This document shows, piece after piece, positions 17,549-27,031 of a DNA stretch of 55,864 nucleotides (positions are counted from its first letter, which is position 1; each line of letters opens with the position of its first letter). Origin of the DNA: an uncultured bacterium (lineage in GTDB: Bacteria; Cyanobacteriota; Vampirovibrionia; Obscuribacterales; Obscuribacteraceae). The stretch is taken from contig CAJXZK010000001.1 in assembly GCA_913063055.1 (NCBI GenBank), positions 1-55,864 on the forward strand, given 5' to 3'. Under the pieces are notes generated by a model. That model worked only from the letters and a program-made list of their open reading frames with translations. It did not search any database and was not told the DNA's origin. A program made the translations under genes and the position numbers.

Positions 17549-20416
17549 CTACTTAGGCCGATGAGCTTCGATAATGCTCGCGCTATTCTCATCGAGCCAC
17601 CGCTGCGCCCCTTCCTGATTGGTGAAATCGCCTTCGCGCTGCGCTTCGCGGGCAGCTTCAATGACAGCTTTAAAATGCGGTCCCGGTTTAATATTCATAT
17701 TGAGCAGCATATGACCATTAACAATGGGCTTCTCACCAAGCTTACCTGCTTCTTTCAGCTCTTCCAACTTTTGCAATAGAAACTCTTTGTGAGAGCGTCC
17801 AGCGTCAGAATTTTTACTGCCAGTGGCATCGGCGTGCTGAATCTCAATTAAATCCATGACGTCTGGTCGCTCCAGCAGGGCTGTAAGCTTACCGGGACGC
17901 ATGACCGTAACTTCGTGCATTGCCATGTGCAAGCGCACCAACTCAGAAATGCGCTCTTGTTGATTAGAAGACAGCTTTAGTCTGCGAGCAATTTCTTGCG
18001 TAATCTCTGCACCTTTGGCGTCATGACCATGGTTAGAGATGCCACCATCAGGCCAGAATTTCTGCGTTGCGGGCTTACCAACATCATGCAAGAGTCCACC
18101 CATCATGCGCTCAAAATTTCCGCCTGTGAGATTTTTCAAGACCAGTTTCGTGTGGGTCCAGACCGTTCCTTCCGGGTGCCATACAGGGTCTTGCCGCCCT
18201 TTTGGCCCTCTTAACTTATAGACCTCAGGCAAAACTTGTTTCATCAAGCCAGAGTCCATCATAATTTGCATGCCGCGCACGGGGTTAGAAGAGGTCAACA
18301 TCCCTTTGATTTCGTCGCGCACCCGCTCGCTAGAAACAGCATGAATACCAAACGAATTAGCTTTTAGAGCGGCCATGGTCTCGGGATCGACAGTGAAACC
18401 CTCATACTTAGAAGCAAAGCGAGGCACACGAAGCATACGTAATTTGTCTTCAGAAAAACGCTCTGCCGGATCACCCACCGAGCGAATAATCTTACGGGCA
18501 AGATCGTGCTGACCACCATGAAAATCGTAAATTACTCCAGTGACAGGATCTTGGAACATGGCATTGATCGTCAAATCACGTCGAGCAGCATCGGCCGATA
18601 GAGAACTGACAAACTGCACGCCGTCTGGCCTGCGGCCATCAGAGTAAGTGCTCTCCGAGCGCAATGTGGCAATTTCAAACTCACGACCATTGACGACCAC
18701 ATTGATCACGCCAAAAGCTTTGCCCACAGGAATTACTTTATAGCCTTGATCTAAGAATAATCTTTCGACCTGATCTGGTGTGGCAGAAGTGGCAATGTCA
18801 TAGTCTTTCGGCGTCTTCCGCATAAGCAAATCGCGCACTGCACCACCGGCAAATACACCAATGTGTTGTTTGTCTTGCAGTGTCTGAACCAAGTGAGTAC
18901 CAAGCTCGCGCTGATAGGCAGACTCTGCTTCGGGACTTAGCTCGGCAGCCTGCTTTAGCTCAGCAAGATCGCCAGCCCCATGGCCAGGACCATTTCCATG
19001 ATCACCATGATTATCATGATCATGGAAATTGCGATTGGGACGAAACTGCCCCTGACTCTGCTCGAACTGCTTAAACTCTAGGGCCCAATGCTGTTCATAG
19101 GTAAGATTGCCGACCTTTAAATTAGGAATTAAGGCCGCCAGCGACTCCACTCCAGCAAGATTTGCAGTGGCGCCGGGTTTAACCACTGGCGAAATTTCAG
19201 CGCCAAATTTTCCCTGGGTCAACTCGCCACGAATCGCCGCCTCGCTACTGCGAGCCTCAAGTTCCTGACCTAATCTGGTTTCTCTATATTTTTGCCAAGC
19301 AGCATCCCGATTTCCTTCTTTCAAGTTGTCTGCAGCAGCCTTGAACTGTTGCTCAAGAGCCAGAGGCAACTTATGCTGACTCAAGTGCTTCAGCTCATGA
19401 CCAAGTTCAGCGGCATCGGCACCACTTTTAAGCTCAACGCGACGAGAGCCAGAAGCAAGCGACTGGGGCGCATCCGTTTGCACTCGCGCCCAGGGATTTT
19501 CACTCAATATGTTTTTGAAGGTGGGTGAACTTTGAGCCTCAACACTAAAATTATTGGCGACCAGGCGATCAACCGGCACACCCCGACCGACAGCCAAATT
19601 CAGGTGATCGGCAGCTTGAGTAATGGCACGCTGACCCAGGGGCAAAGCATGATTCATGACCATGCCACCAACCGCTGCTTTGGTCAAAGTCTCGGTATCG
19701 GCTAATTTGCCCTCGGCAATGGCAGTCGCAGTCAAGGTTTGCACACCGCCACCGACAAAGCCAGTAGCTGTGCGAGCTAACAGACGTCCAGCTAAACCAC
19801 TATGAGAGGCCAGCATATTGCCAGCTTCGAAAACTCCAAACCCAGCGGCACCGGCCACTCCATTGCCCAACCTTGACTCGCCGGGCCTGACTTCGCGCAC
19901 CGTATCATAAGCAAAAGCACCAAGCACAGAGGCGGTTGAACTACTCTGCATGGCCTTAGCAGCAAAGCCCTCTAGGGCCAGATGCGAGCCCGTTGCCCGC
20001 AAGGCAGAGCCAGCGGCTTTACCGGCGATCACATAGGGCACGAGCGACCCCAGACCGCCAGAAACAGTTTGTGCCAGCCAGCCAGCCGACAAAAACTCAG
20101 CTGGGGCAACCTGCATGGGCTCAAACTTACCAATCAGCGGGGCTTCTTTTGTATGGCTGTCTTTTGTATCACTATCTTTTGTATGACTATCTTTGCCACT
20201 AACAAAACTATAGGCGCCATTCACCCCTGAAATAACTGTGTTAGCTGGCTCAAGTAAACCAGCATTAACCGCTGGCGCGACAACATTTTCCTTTACGCTA
20301 GTAAGGGCCTCAGAAACCAGATTGCCGCTAGCCCGTTTGCCTGCTTCCACATAAGCATTGCCTAGCTCCTTGAAGCCTGGGGCGCTCAATTCAGGATCAT
20401 TAGGTCTAATTGGCAT
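17549..20416 (-). CDS. cca: class II tRNA nucleotidyltransferase (CCA-adding / poly(A) polymerase family) + HD domain, fused to a ~500-aa N-terminal extension
   Basis: C-terminal half: GGAVRDLLMRKTPKDYDIAT, RRDLTINAM, ERFSEDKLRMLR (PolyA_pol head/neck), then LLHDVGKP...HGHDAKGA (HD domain). N-terminal ~504 aa: KDS[HD]T repeats, Gly/Ala-rich hydrophobic region, HELKH (19385-19399), and a His-rich linker HDHDNHGDHGNGPGHG. Confidence 0.9.
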   Translation of the reverse strand: MPIRPNDPELSAPGFKELGNAYVEAGKRASGNLVSEALTSVKENVVAPAVNAGLLEPANTVISGVNGAYSFVSGKDSHTKDSDTKDSHTKEAPLIGKFEPMQVAPAEFLSAGWLAQTVSGGLGSLVPYVIAGKAAGSALRATGSHLALEGFAAKAMQSSSTASVLGAFAYDTVREVRPGESRLGNGVAGAAGFGVFEAGNMLASHSGLAGRLLARTATGFVGGGVQTLTATAIAEGKLADTETLTKAAVGGMVMNHALPLGQRAITQAADHLNLAVGRGVPVDRLVANNFSVEAQSSPTFKNILSENPWARVQTDAPQSLASGSRRVELKSGADAAELGHELKHLSQHKLPLALEQQFKAAADNLKEGNRDAAWQKYRETRLGQELEARSSEAAIRGELTQGKFGAEISPVVKPGATANLAGVESLAALIPNLKVGNLTYEQHWALEFKQFEQSQGQFRPNRNFHDHDNHGDHGNGPGHGAGDLAELKQAAELSPEAESAYQRELGTHLVQTLQDKQHIGVFAGGAVRDLLMRKTPKDYDIATSATPDQVERLFLDQGYKVIPVGKAFGVINVVVNGREFEIATLRSESTYSDGRRPDGVQFVSSLSADAARRDLTINAMFQDPVTGVIYDFHGGQHDLARKIIRSVGDPAERFSEDKLRMLRVPRFASKYEGFTVDPETMAALKANSFGIHAVSSERVRDEIKGMLTSSNPVRGMQIMMDSGLMKQVLPEVYKLRGPKGRQDPVWHPEGTVWTHTKLVLKNLTGGNFERMMGGLLHDVGKPATQKFWPDGGISNHGHDAKGAEITQEIARRLKLSSNQQERISELVRLHMAMHEVTVMRPGKLTALLERPDVMDLIEIQHADATGSKNSDAGRSHKEFLLQKLEELKEAGKLGEKPIVNGHMLLNMNIKPGPHFKAVIEAAREAQREGDFTNQEGAQRWLDENSASIIEAHRPK
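20145..20197 (-). repeat. in-frame 15-nt tandem repeat x3.5 (encodes KDS[H/D]T pentapeptides)
   Basis: tcttttgtatggctg / tcttttgtatcacta / tcttttgtatgacta / tctttgcc on the + strand, inside CDS 17549-20416. Confidence 0.85.
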
Positions 20417-20637
20417 ACCCTAATTTCGCCTAATCAGGCCAGGCGCACAATGGGGAATACCGCCAGCAATATTAAATCGGAAATCCTAAATAGGACGCGC
20501 TAGAATTAAACGAATTAAGCGAATTAAGCTCAGCCACTCCTGCTCAGCTGAACAAGCAGACACTTTTGCAAAATAGTTGAGTACTCAAGTATTTTAAAAA
20601 GCAGGACTAGCGAGAAGAAATTATTTGCAGGAATTAT

Positions 20638-21606
20638 TTGAAGGAAACACTTGAAGTAATGGGCACTCCAAACAAAACCAAAACAAGTTTAGGCCGCGCT
20701 CTTGCCACTAAACTCATAGCCGCAGTGCTTGTGGCAGCCAGCGCAAGCGGCTTAGATTTATTGTTGCTGGCCCAGCCAGCCCAAGCAGAGCGGCGCGCTG
20801 ACCATGTCTTCATTGTTAGCTTTGATGGCGGCAAACCAAGCGTCATGAAGCAGAGCAAAATGCCCACGGTCTTTAAGCTTTCAGACGATGGCGCCACAAG
20901 CTGGACAGCCCAGACTATTTTTCCGAGCATTACATTGACTTCGCATACTTCAATGCTTACAGGCGTTGGCCCAGAGAAGCACAACACCCTGTGGAACGAC
21001 TGGGAACCAGAGCAAGGCATGGTCAAAGTACCAACTATTTTCGCCCTTGCTACCAAGCAAAACTTGACCACAGCCATGTTCGTTGGCAAACCAAAATTTA
21101 TACACCTCTATCAGGCTCACACAGTTAATAGATTCTCGCTGCCGTCTTACGAATCGAAAGCAGTGGCCGCCTGCGCCGCGCAATATATTGAGCAGCGCAA
21201 ACCGAACCTCTGCTTCATTCACTTTGCTGACCCAGACGGTGCTGGCCATCAGTACGGCTGGGGCTCAAAGGAACAGATACAAGCTTTAGCAGATTCAGAT
21301 GCGGCTCTTGATACAGTAATAAAAGCAATCGAGAAAGCTGGCATTCAAAAAACCTCAGTGGTTATCCTCACTGCCGATCACGGTGGTCACGATAAAACTC
21401 ACGGCTCGCGCTCACCAGAAGATATGACCATTCCTTGGATAGTCTGGGGTGACGGCGTCAAGCACGGCTTTAAGATTACAGAACCAGTCACCACATACGA
21501 TACCTCGGCAACGGCTTTATGGTTGCTCGATGTACCAATTCCAAAAGAATTTGATGGCAAACCAATCAAATCAGCATTTGCCGAACAAACAACGGCTCAA
21601 AACTGA
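20638..21606 (+). CDS. secreted alkaline-phosphatase-superfamily phosphodiesterase (NPP / type I phosphodiesterase-nucleotide pyrophosphatase)
   Basis: Signal peptide (LIAAVLVAASASG..AQA). VFIVSFDGGKP, TSMLTGVGPEKH (nucleophile Thr region), HFADPDGAGHQYG, ILTADHGGHD. Start is TTG 20638 or ATG 20659. Confidence 0.85.
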   Translation: MKETLEVMGTPNKTKTSLGRALATKLIAAVLVAASASGLDLLLLAQPAQAERRADHVFIVSFDGGKPSVMKQSKMPTVFKLSDDGATSWTAQTIFPSITLTSHTSMLTGVGPEKHNTLWNDWEPEQGMVKVPTIFALATKQNLTTAMFVGKPKFIHLYQAHTVNRFSLPSYESKAVAACAAQYIEQRKPNLCFIHFADPDGAGHQYGWGSKEQIQALADSDAALDTVIKAIEKAGIQKTSVVILTADHGGHDKTHGSRSPEDMTIPWIVWGDGVKHGFKITEPVTTYDTSATALWLLDVPIPKEFDGKPIKSAFAEQTTAQN

Positions 21607-21630
21607 TGATTGGCAGACTAGTCGATAACT

Positions 21631-22311
21631 CTATTTGACGATACGGTCAAGAATTTTCAAGACGCGGTCATCTTCAGGATCAAGGCGAAGGGCTTCAGCC
21701 AACACTTTACCGGCTTCGGTCTTCTCGCCTGTTGCCTCAAGAACACGACCTAAATTGTAATAGGCATTCTCATAGTTAGGCTTTTGATTGATTGCCAGCT
21801 TGTATTCTTCAACAGCTCTCTTGTTATCACCAACTCCAGACAAAGCATTGCCCAGCACAACGTGATAAATAGGTTGGCTCTGGTCGAGGTTTACAGCCTG
21901 TTGTGCTTGATCAAGAGCAGGTTGCATCTTGCCTTGCTCAAAATAGACAACACTTAAGTTTGAATGTGCTTGGTGCATCTTGGGGTCTAGTTCGACCGCT
22001 TTGCGCAATTCAACTTCTGCACTCTTCAAATCGTTATTAAGACGAAGAGCCCAGCCCAAGTCATTGTGGGCCACGGCATCATTGGGCTTATCAGCAACAA
22101 CTTTGCGCAGTGTTTCAACAGAAAGTTCGTTCTTGCCTTGGGCAGCAGTAGTCCAGCTACCCGAGCGACCAGCATTGAGAGCTTGGGCATCAGGACCAGA
22201 TTCACCGGTCTTCGCCTTTTTGGCAAAAGCACCGCTGGTAACACCACTAGAAGCAAGAGCGACAACTAGGCTGAGCAATATGAAAGAACTTTTGCGTGAA
22301 ACTTTGTGCAT
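21631..22311 (-). CDS. secreted TPR repeat protein
   Basis: Signal peptide MHKVSRKSSFILLSLVVALASSGVTSGAFA, then 4-5 canonical TPR units (AHNDLGWAL.., AHSNLSVVYFEQGK.., YHVVLGNAL.., AYYNLGRVLEATGE..). Confidence 0.88.
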   Translation of the reverse strand: MHKVSRKSSFILLSLVVALASSGVTSGAFAKKAKTGESGPDAQALNAGRSGSWTTAAQGKNELSVETLRKVVADKPNDAVAHNDLGWALRLNNDLKSAEVELRKAVELDPKMHQAHSNLSVVYFEQGKMQPALDQAQQAVNLDQSQPIYHVVLGNALSGVGDNKRAVEEYKLAINQKPNYENAYYNLGRVLEATGEKTEAGKVLAEALRLDPEDDRVLKILDRIVK

Positions 22312-22449
22312 GGCAGAATCTAACCCTTTAAACAGGCAACAAGCAAAAGTTTACTACGACCGGCCCAAGCAAACCATTGATTGATTTAACGTTTAGGCCT
22401 CCTAGCAATTAGCCGCGGGCAATAAGCTGGCGCCGGGGCCTCATTAGGC

Positions 22450-22635
22450 TCACCCTGGTGGACCATTAATAGACCACATTATGAAGCACATGCCAGCAGC
22501 CACAATCATCAATGAGAAGATCAAGGCCTCAAATACGTTCTTTGCATCTTCAAAAGCCTGGAAAGTAAAGACCCCGCCGCCACCAACAAAGATAGCGCCG
22601 ATTATAAAAAGCAAAATTCTCTCAATCGGTTCCAT
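22450..22635 (-). CDS. small membrane protein (61 aa, 2 TM)
   Basis: Two hydrophobic helices (ILLFIIGAIFVGGGGVFTF, LIFSLMIVAAGMCFIMW). Same strand as, and 33 nt downstream of, 22669-23064. Confidence 0.45.
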   Translation of the reverse strand: MEPIERILLFIIGAIFVGGGGVFTFQAFEDAKNVFEALIFSLMIVAAGMCFIMWSINGPPG

Positions 22636-22668
22636 TGGGCTTTCCTTCGACTATCGCTATCTTAAGCC

Positions 22669-23064
22669 TCAACCCGATTTTTTAGCAGGGGGCATACTAC
22701 GCAAAACGAGTATGAGAATCAACATTCCTACAAATCCGACCGAAACAAGCAGCAATTGCAGGTATTTTTCGTCGCGGGCGACCTGAACCTGTAGATTTCT
22801 GCGGCGCAAAAACTTGCGCGGGCGAGCTGGCGGGCGCGAAGTGCTAATTTTAGGAATAAACTCAACATTGCGCAAAACCGCAACACCTGGCTGGGCATGG
22901 CCATCGGGATGATTCTCTAGGCCCTCAGCTTTGAGGCTATTAATGCCGACAAAACTGGCCGAAAGCGCCAAACTACAACTGACGAAGGCAAAAAGAGCTA
23001 ATTTTAAAAACTGTTTTTGTCTCTTGTAACTATGGCCTACAGAGAATTTGCTTCCTAATCTCAC
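22669..23064 (-). CDS. membrane protein (131 aa; signal/anchor + C-terminal TM)
   Basis: N-terminal hydrophobic segment LALFAFVSCSLALSASFVG, a basic stretch RPPARPRKFLRRR, and a C-terminal TM LLLVSVGFVGMLILILVL. Confidence 0.5.
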   Translation of the reverse strand: MRLGSKFSVGHSYKRQKQFLKLALFAFVSCSLALSASFVGINSLKAEGLENHPDGHAQPGVAVLRNVEFIPKISTSRPPARPRKFLRRRNLQVQVARDEKYLQLLLVSVGFVGMLILILVLRSMPPAKKSG

Positions 23065-23143
23065 TATCGATTCCGTGCCTAATGGGTTTATAGCGCTTCT
23101 ATATTATCGTTCCAGTCAATTACTGATTATTCAAATGCTGATT

Positions 23144-24262
23144 TTAGCGCCAGTTACTAATACTAACAGGCATGCGCTTACGGCCCCAACGCCCCTTGGC
23201 CGCCCCAAAGACCCCAGCAATGGCGCCGCCGCAACCGTTACATAAGCCAGATGGGCCGTCTATATTATATTTTCCAATCTCGTACCAGTTGCGCTCAATC
23301 AAAAGTTTTTGGCAGGACGGACAATAGGTGCTCTGATGCCTGACATCATCCACATTGCCTACATATACATACTTAAGGCCCAAGCTCATGGCAATTTGGC
23401 GAGCACGCAGAAGAGTAGCCGGGGGAGTTGGTGGACGCTCATCTAAGCGAAAATCAGGGTGGAAAGCAGTAAAGTGCAGAGGCACATCGCTGCCAAGATT
23501 AGCCAAAATCCACTCGCACATAGCCTGAAACTCAGTATCTGAATCATTCTCATGGGGAATTACCAAATTTGTGATTTCAAACCAGACATTGCTTTCGTGC
23601 TTGAGCCACTTTAGGGTATCGAGCACCGGTTCGAGGTGAGAAAGAGTCAGCCTCTTATAGAAGACTTCGGTGAAGGCTTTAAGGTCGACGTTGGCGGCGT
23701 CCATAACCGAATAGAACTCTGGCCGCGCCTCCGCGGTGATGTAGCCAGCCGTAACCGCCACAGTCTTAATGCCTAGCTGGCGGCAAGCTTTAGCCGTATC
23801 GATGGCATACTCGGCCCAAATCACTGGATCGTTATAAGTAAAAGCCACAGAAGCACAGCCGAGCTCTTGTGCCGCCAGGGCAATTTGCTCAGGACTGGCT
23901 TTCTCGCTTAACAGCTCAATTTCGCGAGACTTACTAATTGACCAGTTTTGGCAAAACTGGCAACCAAGATTGCATCCAGCGGTACCAAAAGAAAGCACGC
24001 TTGTGCCGGGGAGAAAATGATTGAGCGGCTTTTTCTCAATAGGATCAATACAAAAGCCAGTACTGCGCCCATAAGTGGTGAGCTTTACTGAATCTTGTAA
24101 ATTTTGCCGGACGAAGCAAAAACCCCTATCCCCTTCTTTTAACTGACAAAAGCGCGGGCACAGGTCGCATTGCACTCGCCCATCGGCGAGCTTGTGCCAG
24201 TAACGCCCGTCAACTATGTATTGCTGCTCGTTCGCTTCTTTGTCCATATCTTCCTTGTCCAT
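23144..24262 (-). CDS. amrS: AmmeMemoRadiSam system radical SAM enzyme
   Basis: VQCDLCPRFCQLKEGDRGFCFVR (N-terminal Cys cluster), radical SAM motif GCNLGCQFCQNW, and a C-terminal CPSC...CNGC cluster. The overall pattern is characteristic of AmrS. Confidence 0.88.
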   Translation of the reverse strand: MDKEDMDKEANEQQYIVDGRYWHKLADGRVQCDLCPRFCQLKEGDRGFCFVRQNLQDSVKLTTYGRSTGFCIDPIEKKPLNHFLPGTSVLSFGTAGCNLGCQFCQNWSISKSREIELLSEKASPEQIALAAQELGCASVAFTYNDPVIWAEYAIDTAKACRQLGIKTVAVTAGYITAEARPEFYSVMDAANVDLKAFTEVFYKRLTLSHLEPVLDTLKWLKHESNVWFEITNLVIPHENDSDTEFQAMCEWILANLGSDVPLHFTAFHPDFRLDERPPTPPATLLRARQIAMSLGLKYVYVGNVDDVRHQSTYCPSCQKLLIERNWYEIGKYNIDGPSGLCNGCGGAIAGVFGAAKGRWGRKRMPVSISNWR

Positions 24263-24391
24263 ATTTTTAGTATAGATGGCAAGGGAAAGATTAAATGTGA
24301 CTTTTCCATATCAAAAAAAACAGGCTTGCGCATATACACAAGAGTCGAAGTTACCAATGTTCAATTTCCACAGTTAACCCCGGAGCCCAAA

Positions 24392-26308
24392 GTGCCTTTA
24401 GACGTACCCCCTAAAAAAGACGTTCACAAGGAAGGCGACAAGCCTCAAGAACATGCCGGCGACACTCAACAAAGTCGCTTGCTTCTTTCTCTTGAAGCCA
24501 GCAAAAAGCCAGAAGCTAAGGTTGAACAAAAAGCCAAACCAGCAGCCAGTGATGAAAGTATGGCCGCATATATCTCCAGCGGAATCGACAAAGCATCCTC
24601 ACTTCTATCAGATGCAGTGAGCATGCTACCCACCCTTACTATTGACGACAAGAAACCAGCTTCTAGTGAAAAAGTTGACATCAGCAGCTTCCTCAAAGAA
24701 AACTGCAAAGGCGAGGACAAGAACGAAGCCTGCAAAGTCACTCCAGTGGATGCCGGAGTCAAAGGTTTTGTCTTCAAAGCCGAAAAACCACTAGTAGAAG
24801 ACAAAAAAGAAGGCGCAACCCTTAGCACTGCCGAAACCAAACTTTCTAGCAGCGACTGGAACAAACTTTTCGCCGCCTATGACTCCCAAAATCCAAGCAA
24901 AGCCGGTCAAGTAGAACGTACCACCAATGGTCTGGTACACCGCGACAGCACTGGCAAAGCCGATGTAGTCAGAACTGCTGAAGGCACAATATTGAGAACC
25001 ACCGACGGCGGCCAACTGAATGCCTCAGACGCTGGTGACAAAATCAAAGTTGGACCAGATGGAAAACTCCAGGCCTCTTTCGATAAAGATGGCAATTTCA
25101 CCGCCGTGCTCGATAGCGGCAATCGCATGGTGATTGAAAAAGGTAGCGAGCATGCTTACTTTGTCGACGCTGCTGGTAATCGCTTCGGCCAAGTCTTCAA
25201 CAGAAAAGACGGCGGCTTTGAGGTAATCGGTGAATACAAAAACGGCAAACTGATTGCCACCAATGGCGAAATGAACACCAAAGATGGGCTAGCCCAAATT
25301 GTAGAAGAAGCCGCCGCTCAAGCGGCCACTTCTGGCAAAACCGTAGTCGTACAAGCAGATGGCGGCATAGTTGCCGTTGCCGCCGATAAGAGTTTTGTTG
25401 CCCTGCAGAACGATGGTTCATCAATTGTCTCTATGCCCGATGGACGCTACCTGGTTCGCAGCGACAAAGGCGAACTGTCGATCTGCTCACCAGATGGCAC
25501 CACTGAAAAAATCTCCAAAGAATTTCTCGATTCAATTCGTGAAAGCAAAAAACCTGAAATGTTGGCTCTACGCAATGCTGCTGAGCAACTTAGAAAATTC
25601 AGCATCACCCACACATTGCACGGTACCGACGGCAAAGCCAGCCTATCGATGATCAACAATATCCTCAGCGGTACCGTCACTGATTCTTTCACCACTCAAC
25701 AACAAAATGGCGTAACTACAACCACAAATCTTGAGACCGGAGCCACACAAACAGTCGACGTCAACAAAAAGACCGTAGAAAACAAATCTGCTGACGGCAC
25801 AGTCGATAGAATTGAAGCCAAGCCTGATGGCAAGTTTAGAATTCAAACCAAAAACTATACCTATGATTCTGGCACCGTAACCACCAAAGAAGGTGACGTT
25901 TTCAGCGCCGATCACGTCAGACTAGCCAACGGCACTGAAATAGACAAAAACAACACAGTAACAATGGCCGATGGAACAACAATTAGAGCCGACGGCACCT
26001 ACACTTCTCAAGGACGAGCCAAAGCCGAAATGGTCATGGCTGCTAAAGTAGCTGAAAGCAAAGCACAAAGCATGGCTGGCTACGCTGAAGGACTAGCTGG
26101 AGCAATTCGCAGCAGAGCAGCCTCAGGACACGCCACCGCCAGTGATATCGCTTCCCTAGAATCAGTATTCGCCGGCCTCTGCGATGCTGTAGCCGCACTC
26201 GGTATGGTTGGTGACCCTTCCGTCTCTTACAAGCTCTACTCAGCCAAAGGCACTGTTTCTGAATCAATCAGCACCAGCCTCGCTAATTTGAACAGCAAAG
26301 CAGCTTAG
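24392..26308 (+). CDS. hypothetical protein: disordered Lys/Pro/Glu N-terminus + beta-rich Asp-Gly repeat region + helical C-terminus
   Basis: Long ORF. The ORF-track start 24170 overlaps amrS head-on by 93 nt and has no ATG. GTG 24392 has GGAG 6 nt upstream (TTG 24326 is the alternative). Recurrent x-DG-x strands (RTTDGGQL, VGPDGKLQ, FDKDGNFT, MPDGRYLV, CSPDGTTE, KPDGKFRI, MADGTTIRADGTY). Confidence 0.75.
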   Translation: MPLDVPPKKDVHKEGDKPQEHAGDTQQSRLLLSLEASKKPEAKVEQKAKPAASDESMAAYISSGIDKASSLLSDAVSMLPTLTIDDKKPASSEKVDISSFLKENCKGEDKNEACKVTPVDAGVKGFVFKAEKPLVEDKKEGATLSTAETKLSSSDWNKLFAAYDSQNPSKAGQVERTTNGLVHRDSTGKADVVRTAEGTILRTTDGGQLNASDAGDKIKVGPDGKLQASFDKDGNFTAVLDSGNRMVIEKGSEHAYFVDAAGNRFGQVFNRKDGGFEVIGEYKNGKLIATNGEMNTKDGLAQIVEEAAAQAATSGKTVVVQADGGIVAVAADKSFVALQNDGSSIVSMPDGRYLVRSDKGELSICSPDGTTEKISKEFLDSIRESKKPEMLALRNAAEQLRKFSITHTLHGTDGKASLSMINNILSGTVTDSFTTQQQNGVTTTTNLETGATQTVDVNKKTVENKSADGTVDRIEAKPDGKFRIQTKNYTYDSGTVTTKEGDVFSADHVRLANGTEIDKNNTVTMADGTTIRADGTYTSQGRAKAEMVMAAKVAESKAQSMAGYAEGLAGAIRSRAASGHATASDIASLESVFAGLCDAVAALGMVGDPSVSYKLYSAKGTVSESISTSLANLNSKAA

Positions 26309-26312
26309 AGAA

Positions 26313-26906
26313 CTAAACTAACTGATACTTCGCCAGCATGGGCTGCCATAAACCGCTCGATTTCAATACTAGCTCGGCTACTTCCCGCAGGGCACCACTG
26401 CCACCATTGGCTCTAGTGACATAATCAGCCTGGGCTCTCATCTCAGGTCGGCCATCGGCAACGCAAACCCCCAGCCCACTGCGTTTAATCAAAGGAAAAT
26501 CAGTAAAGTCATCGCCAATGAAAGAAACATTTTCGTCGGTCAAATTTTCTTTCTGCAAAATCTCTTCGTAGGTGGCGACCTTCTCTAAGAATCCCTGACA
26601 GACATAAGTAATGTTGAGAATGCGCGCCCGCTCGGTCACAGCTGGAGAATCGCGACCACTAATCAAGCCGGTTTTGATACCGCTCCAGTGCAGCATATGA
26701 AAGCCAAGACCGTCTTGCGAATTGAACCCTTTAAATTCGGTTGCTTTACCATCTGGTCCAGGAAAGTAAAAGAGCTTGCCATCGGTTAATACACCATCGA
26801 CATCCATTAAAATCAACTTGATTTTCGCGGCGCGATTTTTTACATCATCGCTTACTTTAGAATTGCTCACTGCAATAAGTATGTCGTCGCTTTCAGGGGG
26901 CTGCAT
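26313..26906 (-). CDS. kdsC: 3-deoxy-D-manno-octulosonate 8-phosphate phosphatase (HAD-IIIA, YrbI family)
   Basis: KLILMDVDGVLTDGKLFY, FNSQDGLGFHML, GLISGRDS, FIGDDFTDFPLI, GGSGALREVAELVL: a near-canonical KdsC signature. Confidence 0.85.
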   Translation of the reverse strand: MQPPESDDILIAVSNSKVSDDVKNRAAKIKLILMDVDGVLTDGKLFYFPGPDGKATEFKGFNSQDGLGFHMLHWSGIKTGLISGRDSPAVTERARILNITYVCQGFLEKVATYEEILQKENLTDENVSFIGDDFTDFPLIKRSGLGVCVADGRPEMRAQADYVTRANGGSGALREVAELVLKSSGLWQPMLAKYQLV

Positions 26907-27031
26907 AAGTTAATCTCCGATTTGCCCTTCATTTTAGCGAGTTCTTGCATTGAAGTTCTAAGCTATGGATAAATTACTATGCAACATTAGTGACAGCCAC
27001 CGGCTGCAAAGAGGACAAGTCTTAATAGGCC

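Noticed and set aside
24170-24391. ORF-track N-terminal extension of the Asp-Gly repeat protein, overlapping amrS head-on.
   Set aside because: The extension has no ATG, translates to hydrophobic nonsense (VNYVLLLVRFFVHIFLVHIF) that mirrors the amrS coding strand, and would overlap the amrS 5' end by 93 nt. GTG 24392 with GGAG upstream is preferred.
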